From: Lama glama
Lineage: Eukaryota
Direction of reading: 5' to 3'
Length of the DNA: 64,000 bases
Assembly (NCBI GenBank): GCA_028534125.1
Contig: CM052817.1
Span: 38,938,001 to 39,002,000 of the forward strand
Shown here: positions 1 through 12,366 of the stretch, piece after piece
Numbering within the stretch: the stretch's first letter is position 1
Layout: every line of letters starts with the position of its first letter
Notes under the pieces: generated by a model
What the model was told of the DNA's origin: nothing
The model's input: only the letters and a program-made list of their open reading frames with translations
Database searches by the model: none
Made by a program: the position numbers and the translations under genes

Positions 1-398
1 ATTACCATAACTTTACTATTCAGAGACTTGCTCTGGAGTTAATTGTTCACCACAAGAACTTCTGAAAGACATCAATTCATCAACAGGAGGCACCAGTAAA
101 CAAGTTTCCTCTTAAGACTCTTAAAACTCTTGTGTCAAAATCCTTGCCTGGCTATTGCCACCAGTCCTAAACTGTTACCTTGGGATCCTTACCCAATCCT
201 AATCAAGTCTCTGTTGAAGGATCTGCCTTAAATAAAACATTCAATTTTCAGTAAAATCCCATCTTGCCTTTCCCCCTCCGAGACACTGCCAAAGGTCTGT
301 GCCAAGGTGGTGTTCTCCCTCACCGCAGATGGCCATAACCTCCACGTTGTCTTTATCACTTGGTTGGTTGGTGATTTCTGGGGAGTCAGCATTCAAAA
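1..398 (+). mobile_element. Old ERV LTR, 3' part (family uncertain)
   Basis: Contains gagacactgccaa...ggtggtgttctccctcaccgcag...tttctggggagtcagcattca, which resembles the U5 end of ancient eutherian LTRs. Confidence 0.45.
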
Positions 399-1369
399 GC
401 TATTGCTAAATAAAATGAACACCCTGCGAATGGCAACGTGGAAACTTATTTAGATGGTAATATTGACTAACAATTAATCAACACTTGGGGAGCACTAGCC
501 TAAATGGTGTTCTGGAAGTCTAGATCTAAATATTCATATTTTATTAATATATTTAGATGGAAAAAAGTAGAGAAAATGTTTAGTATACCTGCTGGTGACA
601 CCAGGACAACTCACAAGGAAGTGTGCCAAAATGAAGAATTTATGGAAACACAACCTCCAAAATTAAAAATTTGTTTAAAAAATATTAGAGTATTTATGAA
701 AGAAACATGTCTTAAATAAGGAAGGACAAAAGTTAATTGGCTTCCAGATTGTTTCACCTTCAACTTAGCAAATCAAAATCTGTATCAAAGAAGCAACCCC
801 ACATACGAGCACATGGGGACCTCATCTGAGAGTACACTAGTCCTCCTGTGCTCCCCTTTCAGGCCACATATTTCAAGGGCACCCCCTTCTCTCCCACTTC
901 TGGTGCAGTCAGTCAGGTCCCCGCTTCACTTCCAACTGCTCAGTCTCTCTCAGTCCGTCCAGAGCTTCAATAACCCTCTTTGGGCTTCAGCCCAGTTCGC
1001 TGCTGACCCGAATTTGTGGTCAGCCAGTTCAGCCCTGGCCTCCTTGACTCACTCATTCCTTCAGCATCCTTCACCTGGCAGTCCCAGGCCAAAATCACTC
1101 CAGGTGCTTTCTTATTCTCAACTACTAAATGGGGGATATTCCTAACAAATACAGTTGCGGAGCAAATAAAGATGTAAGATAACTGTTTTCTCTAAATTAC
1201 TCCACAAGCCTCTATTATGACAATGACTGCTACTGAGTTAAGAACTATGCTAATTTGGTTCACAGCAAATTTGTGTTATTTTAGTTCAACTGAATCTTCA
1301 CTGAGTTGGGTAATAGTTGCCTCTTGGTCCTTTTACATCATGCTCCCTAAAACGACATCCCAAATGTAT

Positions 1370-1530
1370 CCCAGTCAGAGATGAGCTCTAGTTCCAGCTC
1401 TGCCACTTGCTCCAGGTCATTTTGAGCTGAAAAACAGACACACTCCAGGGTAAGCTTACTTTTATATGTATAAATTGGGTTGAACTAAACTGTTTCTAAA
1501 ATCCCTCGAAGCTCTGTGGTTCTGAGATCT
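1370..1530 (+). mobile_element. MIR SINE fragment
   Basis: Core ctagttccagctctgccactt, with MIR3-like tail gggttgaactaaa...ccctcgaagctctgtggttctg. Confidence 0.6.
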
Positions 1531-3876
1531 TACTTTACTGAGAAAACCGAAAGCATCCAACACTCTGATCAATTAGCTGTTCAGAACTGTAATAAATCTA
1601 ACTCATATATATGCCCGGGGTGGGGGGATTCCTTGAGGTGGTGGTCTTGGGATCTTTCAAGTATTACTCCAGCATTTAGCAACTGGGAACACTCCCCTAT
1701 AGGAACACTCCCCGAAGCATGTTTTCACTTGCTAATGCTCTAGAGCAGAGTCCTCTTTCAGAATAAGTCTCCACATCCTGAACAATGCAAAGGTCATGCT
1801 AATAATACCATTGTAAAAAGACTACAAGATGGCACGATAAAAGCAGAATATAACACATCTCTTCTGCTTCTTTCATCAATTTCCTAGGAGTTCTGCCTTC
1901 ATTGCAACTTGAATGGAGAAGGCACTTAAAGAGTTTATATGCACCAAATATTAACCAGCCTCCTATGTGCAAACTGATTTTATAACAGCCCTTGACCTGG
2001 AAATACAGGTACATTCAGATATACACCCTGATAAGAAAGGACAGACAGAGGATAGAGTTCAGTGACTCAAACCTTGCCAAGTCAAAAGTTCCTTGGGATA
2101 AACTCTAAAAGCAAGCAATATTTTACACATGGTTTGAAAAATGCTCATCCTTGTCTCAGAAATCTTAACAGAACAGATCTACTGTCAGCTGGGCATGTAT
2201 TAATGAAAACCAACAATGCAGCAGCATTTATAAATAAATACATAAATATACAGCAGTGAGGTAACCGAGTCACAGATAGCTTGAGACAACAGTTCTAATG
2301 AATCCAATCAAACCAGAGAAGTAATTTCCATTTTAAATATATTAGGGTGTTAAGAAACTAATTCAAAACTCACTTTATGGATGGCCTCCTCGAACATGTT
2401 TTTTTCTTATTAAAAGTGTGTTACCGTCTCCCAGTTAAGGAAGTGAACATGGACAAGCTGATATTTCCTCGATTCTAAACTATACCAGTGTTAAAACAAA
2501 ACAAATCCCAACCAAATTAATTCTATTTTCGGTCTAGTTTCCAAGGCAATTTTCACAAAAACTATTCTCAGCCCACTGTTTCCAGCTTTGTAACATCAAC
2601 CTTCAGGAGCTGGAAACTTACACTTTGTGTAATTCCTTGACACATGTGTTCTATCGCAGACTCATTTTATTCCACCTGCCTATCAAGGATAGGAAAAAGA
2701 AAAAAAGGATCTGTATTCCCATAGATTCTGAAGGTTCATTCCTAAAATGACTGTTAAATTATTTCATGATGTTGCATGATATGTTTCTACCAGGGCTTTA
2801 TAACTCGGGTCACGTCAAGTTCACCAACATCAAGGTCCAGGTGGAACCCTCCCCAAGTCAGAACTGCAAGTGAGTCTCAGCAACAGTACAAACCAGAAGA
2901 AAGGGAATCAGGAAACAGGTTCTAGTTCCAAAAGGCCACTGACTTGACCGTGGGCTACCTACTTCACTTCTGTAATTCAAACTGCAATACCTGCTTCCAA
3001 AAAAGAATGCTTCTAGGAACAGCCTAAGGGCTTGCAGCTTTTAAAATGAAGTAAAATTTTATAAACAGAAGATTTTATACAATAATCTACGGTCTGGCCC
3101 AGTTTCCTACACCATTCAGTCTAAAACGTCATAAAACTGCGTTTTTCCCCCCTAAAAATTCCTACTTGCACGACTGTATTACCGAATAAGCTGAACTTTG
3201 ACTCTTGAATATCTTTTAAAAGAATAATGGCATTACATCTACCTATTCTTGAATGTGAAGCAAGAAATGGGAGTTTAAAAAGTCCTCATGAATTAAGGTG
3301 TCAGGTCAAATGAAATCCTCTGCAGTGGAATCAAAAGAAGTTGGAGGATTACAACTGAGTCACTTGCATGAGACGCTCAAACCTCCAAAACCTCTTACAC
3401 TGAAAAAGGACAGAGGAAACGAAAGTGCTGATGGAGGAGCGCAGAAGCCGAGCCTCCGGCGTCAGGATCCAATGACATGCTAGAACCGAAGGTGCATGTC
3501 TTAAGTTTAGCCCTTACTAACTTTGTCCCTCTACCGAAAAGAGGTGCGAGGTGGGAGCTACTAGAAAACAGCAACTCCCAGGATGGCAGGCTCCATCCCA
3601 ATGCTAGCGTCGGCCCCAGACCCCGGGGAGGGGACTGGAACGGGCAGAAACTATATTGGAGGCAAGTTGAATCATCCAGCTATCCTGGCAGCAGTCGCAG
3701 TCATCCTGGGAAACGTACCTTCGCTGGAGTCCCACTTGAGTAAGAAAGAAATTAAGCCAGGCCGGGAGGGCGGCGCAGCCGGCAGCTTCACCTGACATTC
3801 CTCTGGAGCCCCACCCTCGCTCCCAGGTGTCCCGGCCCAGGTGTCCCGGGTGTGCGTTTCTCGCGCCTCTACTTAC

Positions 3877-3993
3877 TTTGTCACTGGTGCTCTCGGTTTC
3901 GTGGTCGCCGCCGGCCGCCTCTCCCTCGCGGGGTGGCGGCGCCACCGCTCCCCCGGGGCCGGGGCAGCCTCCCCGGTGCCTGAGCTCCCACAT
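3877..3993 (-). CDS. CDS1: CDP-diacylglycerol synthase 1 (phosphatidate cytidylyltransferase 1), coding part of exon 1 (39 codons, phase-0 donor)
   Basis: Translates as MWELRHRGGCPGPGGAVAPPPREGEAAGGDHETESTSDK, matching the mammalian CDS1 N-terminus as I recall it (M.ELRHRG.CPGP...REGEAAGGDHETESTSDK). Followed directly by a consensus donor AAA|GTAAGT (plus-strand acttac 3871-3876). Lies in a CpG island. Confidence 0.96.
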
Positions 3994-4548
3994 CTCCCGC
4001 TCCCGCGCGGCCGAGGCGGTCTCCTCCAGCGTCCCGAAACCCGAGCTGCGCGCGAGGTCTCGCCGGCGGGCCTCCCCGCCACCCCGCAGCCGCACACTCG
4101 ACGTCCGGCAAAGCTGTGGCCACTAGCACGCCCCCACCGTGGAGGAGCCGCCGCCGCGCGGGTCACCCCCAAAACGGCATCAACGAGCGAGCGCTCGAGG
4201 CCGCCTCCAGCGAGCGCGGCGCCAGCAGAGGGGCGAGGGGCGGGCGCCAGGGGCCGGCTCGGGGTGCAGGGCAGGCGAGGGGCGCCCGGCCGGAGCGGAG
4301 AAGGCGGGCGCGCGGCAGAGCCCGGTTGCCGGTTGCCAGGTGCGCGTCCCCACGCAGAGGCCCAGGTGGGAGGAGAAGAAAGGACGGGGAAGGAAGAAGC
4401 GTGACCTGCTTCAGCGCTTTGCGGGGCGCCAGCCGCCTGGGCCCTGCCACTCCCCGCCCCGCCCCCCGGACTCCGGAGTCGGCCGCTCCCGGCCCCCCTA
4501 CACCTTTCTCCCTGTTCCTGCCTCCCGCAGCCAGGTCACGCGCCGCAG

Positions 4549-4578
4549 GCCCCGCCCCGCCCCGCCCCGCCCCGCCCC
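4549..4578 (-). promoter_or_regulatory. Tandem GC boxes (GGGGC)x6, Sp/KLF sites; potential G-quadruplex
   Basis: Plus strand reads gccccgccccgccccgccccgccccgcccc; a second cluster lies at 4452-4466. Confidence 0.75.
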
Positions 4579-4626
4579 TCTGCGCTGCACTGCGGTTCCC
4601 ACAGCCCCGCCTTCATCGTAGAGGGG

Positions 4627-4634
4627 TGACGTCA
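4627..4634. promoter_or_regulatory. Full palindromic CRE (TGACGTCA)
   Basis: Exact CREB/ATF consensus in the CpG island, just upstream of the GC boxes relative to CDS1. Confidence 0.7.
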
Positions 4635-5539
4635 TGGGCCCGGACCCAAGGCTCCGCCCAGGTCTCCGCGAGCACACAGGTGGCGGCTTTGAGAAAAGGT
4701 GGGCGCGGTGAGGGCTGGAGCAAAGGGGAGGAGCAGGGACGTGAAGAAGAGACGAGCAACGAGCTTGGAAATGAGGAGTGAGAACTTGTGGACTCGTCAC
4801 CGAGCAACTGGGAGGGCTGGAAGAACCAAAGACACCTAGTAAATATTGACAACACTCAGCATTATCCCTTCAAATGGCTCCCTGGCCGCATCAGCTTGAC
4901 ACATCGCGTCGTGTCTGAGATTCAGAAGCCTACAAAAGCAGAAACTTGTCTGGCAGGATGAACTCGATGACTCCGTGGCCTTCTGGCCCAGTGTCATTAC
5001 CTTCAAAGTAGGGGATGCGTTTGTCTCACTGGGCATCCTGGGATGGGCTAGCCAGTTTCAATCACATACCCAAACTCTGTCTTCCAGGAACTCCAGTATT
5101 GAATCTCTCCAGATTCACTGCCGAGGGTCTGAGGTGCCATGGAGTGCAGCTGCCAACCAGCTAATCTCTGAGCAGTCATGGACCTTGGGCTGCTAAAGCT
5201 GGAACAAGAAGGGCGCACGATCCGCATTAATTCTGTTCCAAATCCTGTTAGAAGGTGATTAGTTTTCCTGACATATATGTGCCACCTGGTCATTTACTGA
5301 CAAGCTGACAAATGGGAAAATGTGACAGGCTGTCATACAAACAGGACAACGTTCAGGAAAGCACCCTTATAGAAATAAATCAACAATATAAAATTCTCAA
5401 GGTCATTACTGGCACGCTGAAAATAAGTAACGTTGTTCTGAAAATTTAATAACACACAAGCAAAACCAAAAAGTCAAAGTAGGACGCATTGAAAGGCAAA
5501 ACACAAAGACATTATTTTACTTCATCAGACAAATCTTTA

Positions 5540-5730
5540 AAGTTCTGGATTCAATTTGGGTCGCCATATTTTCAAAGGGATAGAGAGGAAAATTGATCAG
5601 TCTTATCGGAAGAGTAACAAAATGACAAAATATATGAAAATAAGTCCTTTGAGTGACAGTGATGGTGTGGTTTTCCTTAAGGAACAGAAGACCATGGGGT
5701 GACTAGTTTAATCAATTGTTCTTCATTTCT
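5540..5730 (+). mobile_element. CR1/L3 LINE fragment
   Basis: ttcaatttgggtcgccatattttcaaagggatagagaggaaaattga...aaggaacagaagaccatggggtgac resembles the 3' end of the L3 RT region. Confidence 0.6.
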
Positions 5731-5869
5731 TTGGAGAACCAGAAATGAAGGGTTGCCTGATTGTCAAGATCATAAGATGGAAGAGGCTGCTGAAGGCAGT
5801 AGTAGAGTTTGCTACCTCTGGCAAAAAGGGGCATTAGAAGTGCTCCACTGGTGCATTCCAACTTTTGTG

Positions 5870-6020
5870 GAGGTTTAGAAGCCTGAGTTCTAGTCCCACA
5901 GATGCCACTAATTGGCTGTGTGGCCTTGGGGAAATCATTAAACCTCAATGTCCCCAACTATAAAATGGATAGTAAGGAGGATGGCCTCTGTGGTCCCCTC
6001 CAGCTTACAGATGTCTGCAA
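5870..6020 (+). mobile_element. MIR/MIR3 SINE
   Basis: cctgagttctagtccc...gccactaattggctgtgtggccttgggaaatcattaaacctc. Confidence 0.75.
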
Positions 6021-6203
6021 CTGAAGCCCCACTTTATCAGAATCCACTCGTTTCTTTGACCCATGCCTCAAGAAAGGGGGGCCAAGAACTGCATGGCACC
6101 CAAATGGTTTCCTCCTTCCCCCTGTCAACCCAATAGCTCCTTTGACTTTCTTCTCTCTTCACTGCAGAAGAAAAGGTAGTGAGAGAAGTGGCAGGAGGCA
6201 ACA

Positions 6204-6290
6204 ACAAGTGCATATCAGAAGAAGTTGTATTCCCTGACCCAGGAAACACAAGTGCATATCAGAAGAAGTTGTATTCCCTGACCCAGGAAA
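6204..6290 (+). repeat. Perfect tandem duplication, period 44 bp
   Basis: acaagtgcatatcagaagaagttgtattccctgacccaggaaa occurs at 6204 and again at 6248. Confidence 0.95.
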
Positions 6291-6444
6291 TGTGGGACCA
6301 GGGCAGAGAGTGTAGAGTGGCTTACTACTTTACTTCACCCTTCCTTAAGCTCTGCCTACTTCCTGTGTTTCAGCCAAGATAGTAATTTCTTTCTGTCTTC
6401 ATTATACTTATTCTGACTGGTCGAGTGATTACACTGAAGCCAGT

Positions 6445-6560
6445 CAGCAGGAACCACGGTTTATTCATCTTCACAGCCCAATCCCTTGCCACAGTGCTGG
6501 CCCCCACCCTCATATAGTCAACACTTCTGTTGAAGAAGTGATTGAAGAAATGAATGAATG
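6445..6560 (+). mobile_element. L2 3' end
   Basis: gcaggaacc...ttattcatcttc...cacagtgctgg...gaaatgaatgaatg tail. Confidence 0.65.
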
Positions 6561-7779
6561 GCAGAGGTACAGCATAACCAGGGAAAGCTATATAGTATTT
6601 GTATTGTTTAAATACTTGTCTTCATTCTTCACTTTCTGTAAAAAAGAGAAAGATTGATTTTAATGTACATCAAAAGGGGGTTCTAGTAATGACTGGCCTA
6701 TTTTACTGAAGGTGTATTATGATGTGGTCAACCACAGCTGATCTTACTGAGCCCTATATCCTCAGACATCCTCAATGTCTTTTTTTTTTCTTTTTTCTTT
6801 TTTAAATCTTTTATTTTTCTTTATTCAGGGAGCTGAATGAAGGGAAAACATTCTCAAAGTTGATTACATTTATGTTGGGTGACCCCAAATCTGGCATGTC
6901 ATGGTTTCTAATGCTTCACCGTTTACTTTTCTGAGAGTTTAGTCTGCTAAAGGGCACCATGTAAACTCCAAGCACATGAGTAGGCTGATCACCGGAGATA
7001 CCTGGCTAATGCTTCTTGTTTGACATATAGATTTTCTGCTTTAGTGGTATTGGAACGAATGATAACTCTTAGCGAGGCATTTGCTAGAGGCAAAAGAGAG
7101 AGAGTGCTAACATCACTACTTATATGATTTTTAGTTTCCTTTTTTCAGCCTTCTCTTTTGCCCGCAGATGGAGGAACCTTGCCTGAAGGAGTAAGCGTAT
7201 GAGACAGAGAGACCCCTTATCACTCTCCTCCCTGAGTGCCCTCAGAATGTACCCAGACCGATAAACATTCCCCTCTTGTGTGGGAATTTGAGCTGATTTC
7301 CACATCAGAGGCTCAAAGGCACCAGACTGGAATGTCCCCACTTGCCAAAGGAGGAAGAAATCTTCCTCAGCTAAGTGTTTCTGGATGCTTGGACAACCAC
7401 ATTATGGCTGTTGTCGCTTGCCCTCTCTTTCTCTGTTGCCCTCTGTCAGTTCAGTCTGTAAGTCAGAGATCGGAATTTTTGATTTAGGCCAACCAGAGGA
7501 GCATCTTGTGGTAAGTTATTGAAGGACAATTTATGTTTACATTCTCATTATTAATGAACCTGCCTAGGAAAATAATGGTGTGCCATCAAGCACATCTGAC
7601 TAAGTATCAGAGGAGCGCGTACAGGGGTGTAATTAGAAGCATGGTTTTATATGGGCAACCCTGGGTTCAAGACAAAGTTCTGTCTTCTAGCCCTGACCCC
7701 ATTAACTTTATGGAACATTTCATCACATACAGCTGAAGCTATGTCCTATCCGATATGCCCAATCAGAGTTTAAGTAATA

Positions 7780-8270
7780 ACTCTTTATGTAACACTTTAC
7801 AAAGCACTTTCATATACATTATTTTATTTATTCTGCTCAACAACCTCCGAAGTAGGCAGAACAAATATTATTATTCCCATTTTACAAGGAAAAAAAAAAA
7901 ATCTGAGGTTTGGTATGTAAAACTACCCAGGTTTGCAGAGGAAATTTGGGATTGAAAGCTACGTTTCTGTACTTTAAATTCTGCCAGGTCCACTATGTAC
8001 TGCAAGTAGGTAGTAGCAGAAACAAGGAACTTGTAAGAAGGGGCAACTTGTTGTAACAATTAAGCATAGGAATTCATCAGCCAACCCGCCCACGTGGAAG
8101 TCCCAGCTCTGCCCCCTACTGGCCCATGCCATCAGTCATGTAACTTAATCTCTCTGTGCCTCAGTGTCCTCATGTATAAGGGTGATAATATTTTCCTCCC
8201 AGAATTCTTATGAAAGTACTTAGAACAGTGCCTGGTTCTAGCAAAGCACTGTACAAGTGTTCCCCACCAT
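7780..8270. mobile_element. Two MIR fragments (minus ~7780-7990, plus ~8060-8270)
   Basis: Minus-strand attattcccattttaca...ctgaggtt; plus-strand cttaatctctctgtgcctcagt...ttagaacagtgcctgg. Confidence 0.75.
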
Positions 8271-8899
8271 CATCATTTATATCATTAAAAGCTGCATTTC
8301 TCAGGGAGAGCAGCATCCATTTCTAAACTCACTAAAGCTGCAACACCTTAGAAGACTTTGAAGAAAAAGGGATCTTCTGATATTGCTTTGGTAAGGTGAG
8401 TAGAAATTATGAAATGGGGTAGGGCACCTTTGCAAATAACTGCAAAGAAATCATCAGCCTATCAAATTAATTAATTTTTGCTTCATCCTTCAGCAGTACT
8501 AAGATTAATGAAATTGGCGTTTCCTATTATTAACTGCAATCACTTACTACCGCGTATCTTGCATATGTATGATGACTGCAGAATTCCTTCCATTTCTAGC
8601 TTCTCCACTGAATCACAGTAATTATATTTTGCTGATTTAATGCCTTTGTAGAATAGGCAGAATATTCCTTCTATAAGTTTATAAAATTATTTTCTAAAAG
8701 AATGGGTATATATGTGCTTTAGATACTGCATGGCTCAACTATTTTTTTTAATGTTGAATTGGATTTATATCTTTTTGGAGGTGGTCATTTAGAAAAGTGG
8801 AAGAAATTGGCAACTGTCCTTAGAAGTGCAAAGTCACTGATTTGCTTCAAATTATATCAATTACCTCTATTCAGTGAAGTTCCAAAATCTAAAAGCATC

Positions 8900-9140
8900 A
8901 GTCAAGGTTCTTAGATGCAAATCTGGCTGACTTAAGCAGACAAGCAATTTATCGAAAGGGTAACGAGAAGCTCACAGAAGTCTTTAGAAAGCTGAAGGAC
9001 CCAGCATAGAAAACCAGTAGAAACAAAGGATGCCAAGCAGCAGCAAGGACCACAGTCAAAGTCATACCCAAACCAGCCAACTAGGGCCAACGTTGCTACA
9101 CCCACTGGGACACGCCATCACTGTGGGGGCGCCAGCTCCC
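8900..9140 (-). mobile_element. MLT1-type MaLR LTR fragment
   Basis: ctggctgacttaagcagacaagcaatttatcgaaagg...agctcacagaa. Confidence 0.55.
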
Positions 9141-9336
9141 GGGTGCCACGTTACCACAGCTCACCCTTTCCCACTTACATTTGCTTTACAAACCCTTGCC
9201 TACTTATACTTTTACAATAGGAATCATTTCCTTATAAGATGCAATAAGAGCCATAAGATCTCATGGAAAAAAAGCCTTACTGATCAGAGAAAGAAAAGCT
9301 GTATGGTGTGTCTCTGTTGGAAGACATAACAAATAC

Positions 9337-9530
9337 CATATTTCTTCTCCTCTAAGACACCCTTTCAATTTACATTTTAACTTCTCGGAAATCATAGTGT
9401 GTCTTACATTTGATGTATTAAGAAAACACTGTTTCATATTTTAATTGACCATTTTCTTTTTCTTAGCAGTACATTAGATAATGGTGCATTTTTTTAAAAT
9501 GATGGCTTAATTGAGTCAATGAAGTTCAGC
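9337..9530. mobile_element. MER104-like Tc2 DNA transposon remnant
   Basis: catatttc...tctaagacac...acattttaacttctcggaaatc...gtcttacatttgatg, with a degenerate far TIR. Confidence 0.55.
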
Positions 9531-10734
9531 ACTTTAAAGACTGACAGTTGTTGGTCTGTAAGATCGCATATCTTTGATTTTTCCAGCTGGTCCCAATTAT
9601 ATGTATTTTTTTCTAGTAAAAGGTGCATATTAAATATATAACTATGTATGATTAAGGTTTTAAAAATCTAAAACAATTTTCCATGTCTTTATATTCTCAT
9701 GGCAAAAAACAAAAGCAAATGACACCTTTTGCTAGACTATATAAAGTTTAATTTTTGCTTTGGAAAAGCATGTTTAAAGGATTATTTCCTTAGTGAATCT
9801 ATTTTATTTCTGCACATTACAAAAGACTTAAAATTAGGTGTATTTCTAGTAATACCCATTGTCTGCTGCTCCTCTTTTCTCAGTTTGATTTACAAAAAAA
9901 AAATTTTTTTACCACATCTTAAGAGATTTGATTTGCTCCCCAAATTAATACCAATATCCTACATTATTATGGAGATTTAGATCTGTCTCATCCATCCTCT
10001 TAACAACAACAATCCGTGCTTTGATCACTTAGCATCTGATGTATTTTTCTGCATTTAACTGTCATGGATTGATGCATGGGAGTGGGAAGGGAGCACGGCC
10101 TTCACTGTGCCCTCCAGGCAGTTGGGAAGAGCCTAGAACAGGAAATCTATTAGAGTATCTTTCAGTGGACCAGAAGTGGTTATTAACCTAATGTGCTTTA
10201 AGAAGGACCTAATACTGCAGTGTGTGTTTTTGTTTTAGTAAAGAAATCTGGCTTCAGCAACATACCACTCAGACTGTAAATACTGTACTGTTGTGTTTAG
10301 GGAACAAATGCCAAAATGACTTATTAACTGGGTTCTGCCAAGTTATTTCCAGTATATTTGAGGAGGAGTGAGTGGTGCAATGAAAACATTTTATACAAGA
10401 ACACTGAGATTTCTATAAGGCAAAACTTTCAATTACCTTACTGGCAAAGCACATTTAGACAATCTTGTCAAGAGAATGCATGAATAGTATCTATGTAGAT
10501 GTGGATTAAAGAAATTACTCAAAACTGTGCAATCATTGACATGTATTAGAAAAGAGATTCATAAGTGTTTCAAAACACCAAGAAAACAGATGATTTTAAT
10601 ATAGCAGTGTCAGGGAAAATTGACAAAGTTTTGGAAATGAGCAAAAGAGTTCCTGGTTGTCTTGGCAATAGGCATTAGGCATTGCTAGCAGCCCCACTAG
10701 GGATTATCTGATGCTAAAGAGGGACGCACCTTTG

Positions 10735-11112
10735 TTGTCTCAGTTAGCTCAGGCTGCCATGACAAAAATACCACACATAGACTGGGGGACTTATAAACAA
10801 CAGAATTTTATTTCTTACAGTTCTGGAGGCTGGATGGCCAAGATCAAAGCAAGGCAAGTTCTTGTGAGGGCCCTCTTTCAGCTTGTAGACTGTTGATTTA
10901 TTGTATCCTCACGTAGTAGTGAACAGAGAGAGGAAACCAGCTCTCCCATGACTCTTAGACAGTCACGAATCCCATTCATGAAGACTCCACCTTCATGACC
11001 TCATCTGGTTCTAATTATCTCCCAAAGGCCCGAGCTCCTAATACCATCACATTGCGGGGTATGCTTTCAACATATGAATTTGGCAGACGGGACACAAACA
11101 TTGTCTATAACA
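10735..11112 (-). mobile_element. MLT1A-type MaLR LTR
   Basis: ggctgccatgacaaaaataccac...tttcttacagttctggaggctgg...ctaataccatcacattg...caacatatgaattt...tataaca. Confidence 0.85.
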
Positions 11113-12366
11113 AATGTCTTTGATCAATTAGGCTATTTTACAACTCTACTAGGATGAGAGTTAATTTGTGGAAAACTGATGGCCATGCACATGGTTCTGG
11201 TACATGGCAATGTAAGTAAGTTTTTGTGATACAGAATATAAATCATTTTAAGTCAAAATCCCTTTTGAACTAAGTTTAATGTCTTTCTGACTCCTTCATT
11301 AACTAATGCATTAAATAAAATCTTTGACATGAGTTCATTTTTTACTTGCATGAGATTCATGATTCATGAATTTTGGAAATTACATTTTAGCGGCAGTAAT
11401 AATGCATGTCTATTTTCATTCGATAGATATTCATTTGTTTATGTAACATATTTATTACATACCTACAATGTCAGAACACTGTGCTAGACACTGTATGGGA
11501 TTCAGAGATAAAAACCAACTGAAATTCCCACATGTGGATTTGTTTTTTATTACGTATGTATACACACACACACACACACTTAATCACAAATAATACATGA
11601 ATACACACTCAAAGTTAAAAAGTTAAACAATACAGTATTATCTAGAATAAAAAGTCTTCTTTCTCTCTTTCTGGAAATGTACTACTTTTCCTAGAAATAA
11701 TCACTGTTAACTGTTTGCTGGACTTTCTTCCAGACTTTTCTCTATGGCTTTATACACGTATCTAAGTATATGTGCGCATATATACATGCTACGTAATACT
11801 GTGTAACGTATTTTTCTATTTAATAACATGCCTTGGAGCATTTTGTTTTCTAGTATGTTAGATATCAGGATGGGGAATAAGATGAGCTAAAAATGGAGAT
11901 TTATTGGAAGCCAGTGTATCGAAGAATTGACCTCATCCCATCATGCCTCCTTCTCTCCCACATGTATAGAATGCTTTGCAAATATCAAAGACTTTTTTTC
12001 TCTATGATAATGGGAGAGGGAAAAAAAGTTCTCCACTGCCTGCAACTCATCCAGTTTTCTAAACCAAACTGCCCTCGTTGACCAACCCTTCCCACAGGCA
12101 GTACCACACTCAGATATTTTCACCTTGTTTTTTTAATATGAAGGGAAAATAGGCAGCAGACATCTAAAGAAAGTGTGCCATAAAACAAAAATATACATAT
12201 TTAAGCAACAAAAATTACTCCCTGGCAAAGTAGTTGAGAAGCCAGAAGAGAATTTTAAAACAAGAACAGAATGTTATGCAATAGGAAAACAGAATAAAAA
12301 GAGGGCTTAGAAATGAATATGATTACTAAAAAATAAATACAGAAAGCTAAACCATTCACTAGTAGA

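Larger units (their letters stand above)
1..3876 (-). other. CDS1: CDS1 intron 1 (5' part; the rest of the gene lies left of the window)
   Basis: Begins at the GTAAGT donor. No exon-2-like coding sequence (ETDIDDRYGD...) is visible in 1-3876. Confidence 0.85.
3760..4800. promoter_or_regulatory. CpG island spanning the CDS1 promoter, 5'UTR and exon 1
   Basis: Very GC-rich with dense CpG, against AT-rich, CpG-poor flanks. Confidence 0.93.

Noticed and set aside
3827..4855. Many overlapping 80-220 aa ORFs in the CpG island
   Set aside because: Low-complexity Arg/Pro/Gly/Ala translations expected from stop-poor GC-rich DNA; only 3877-3993 matches a known protein.
6204..6290. Direct repeat as a CRISPR-like array
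   Set aside because: Two adjacent units with no spacer, in mammalian DNA.
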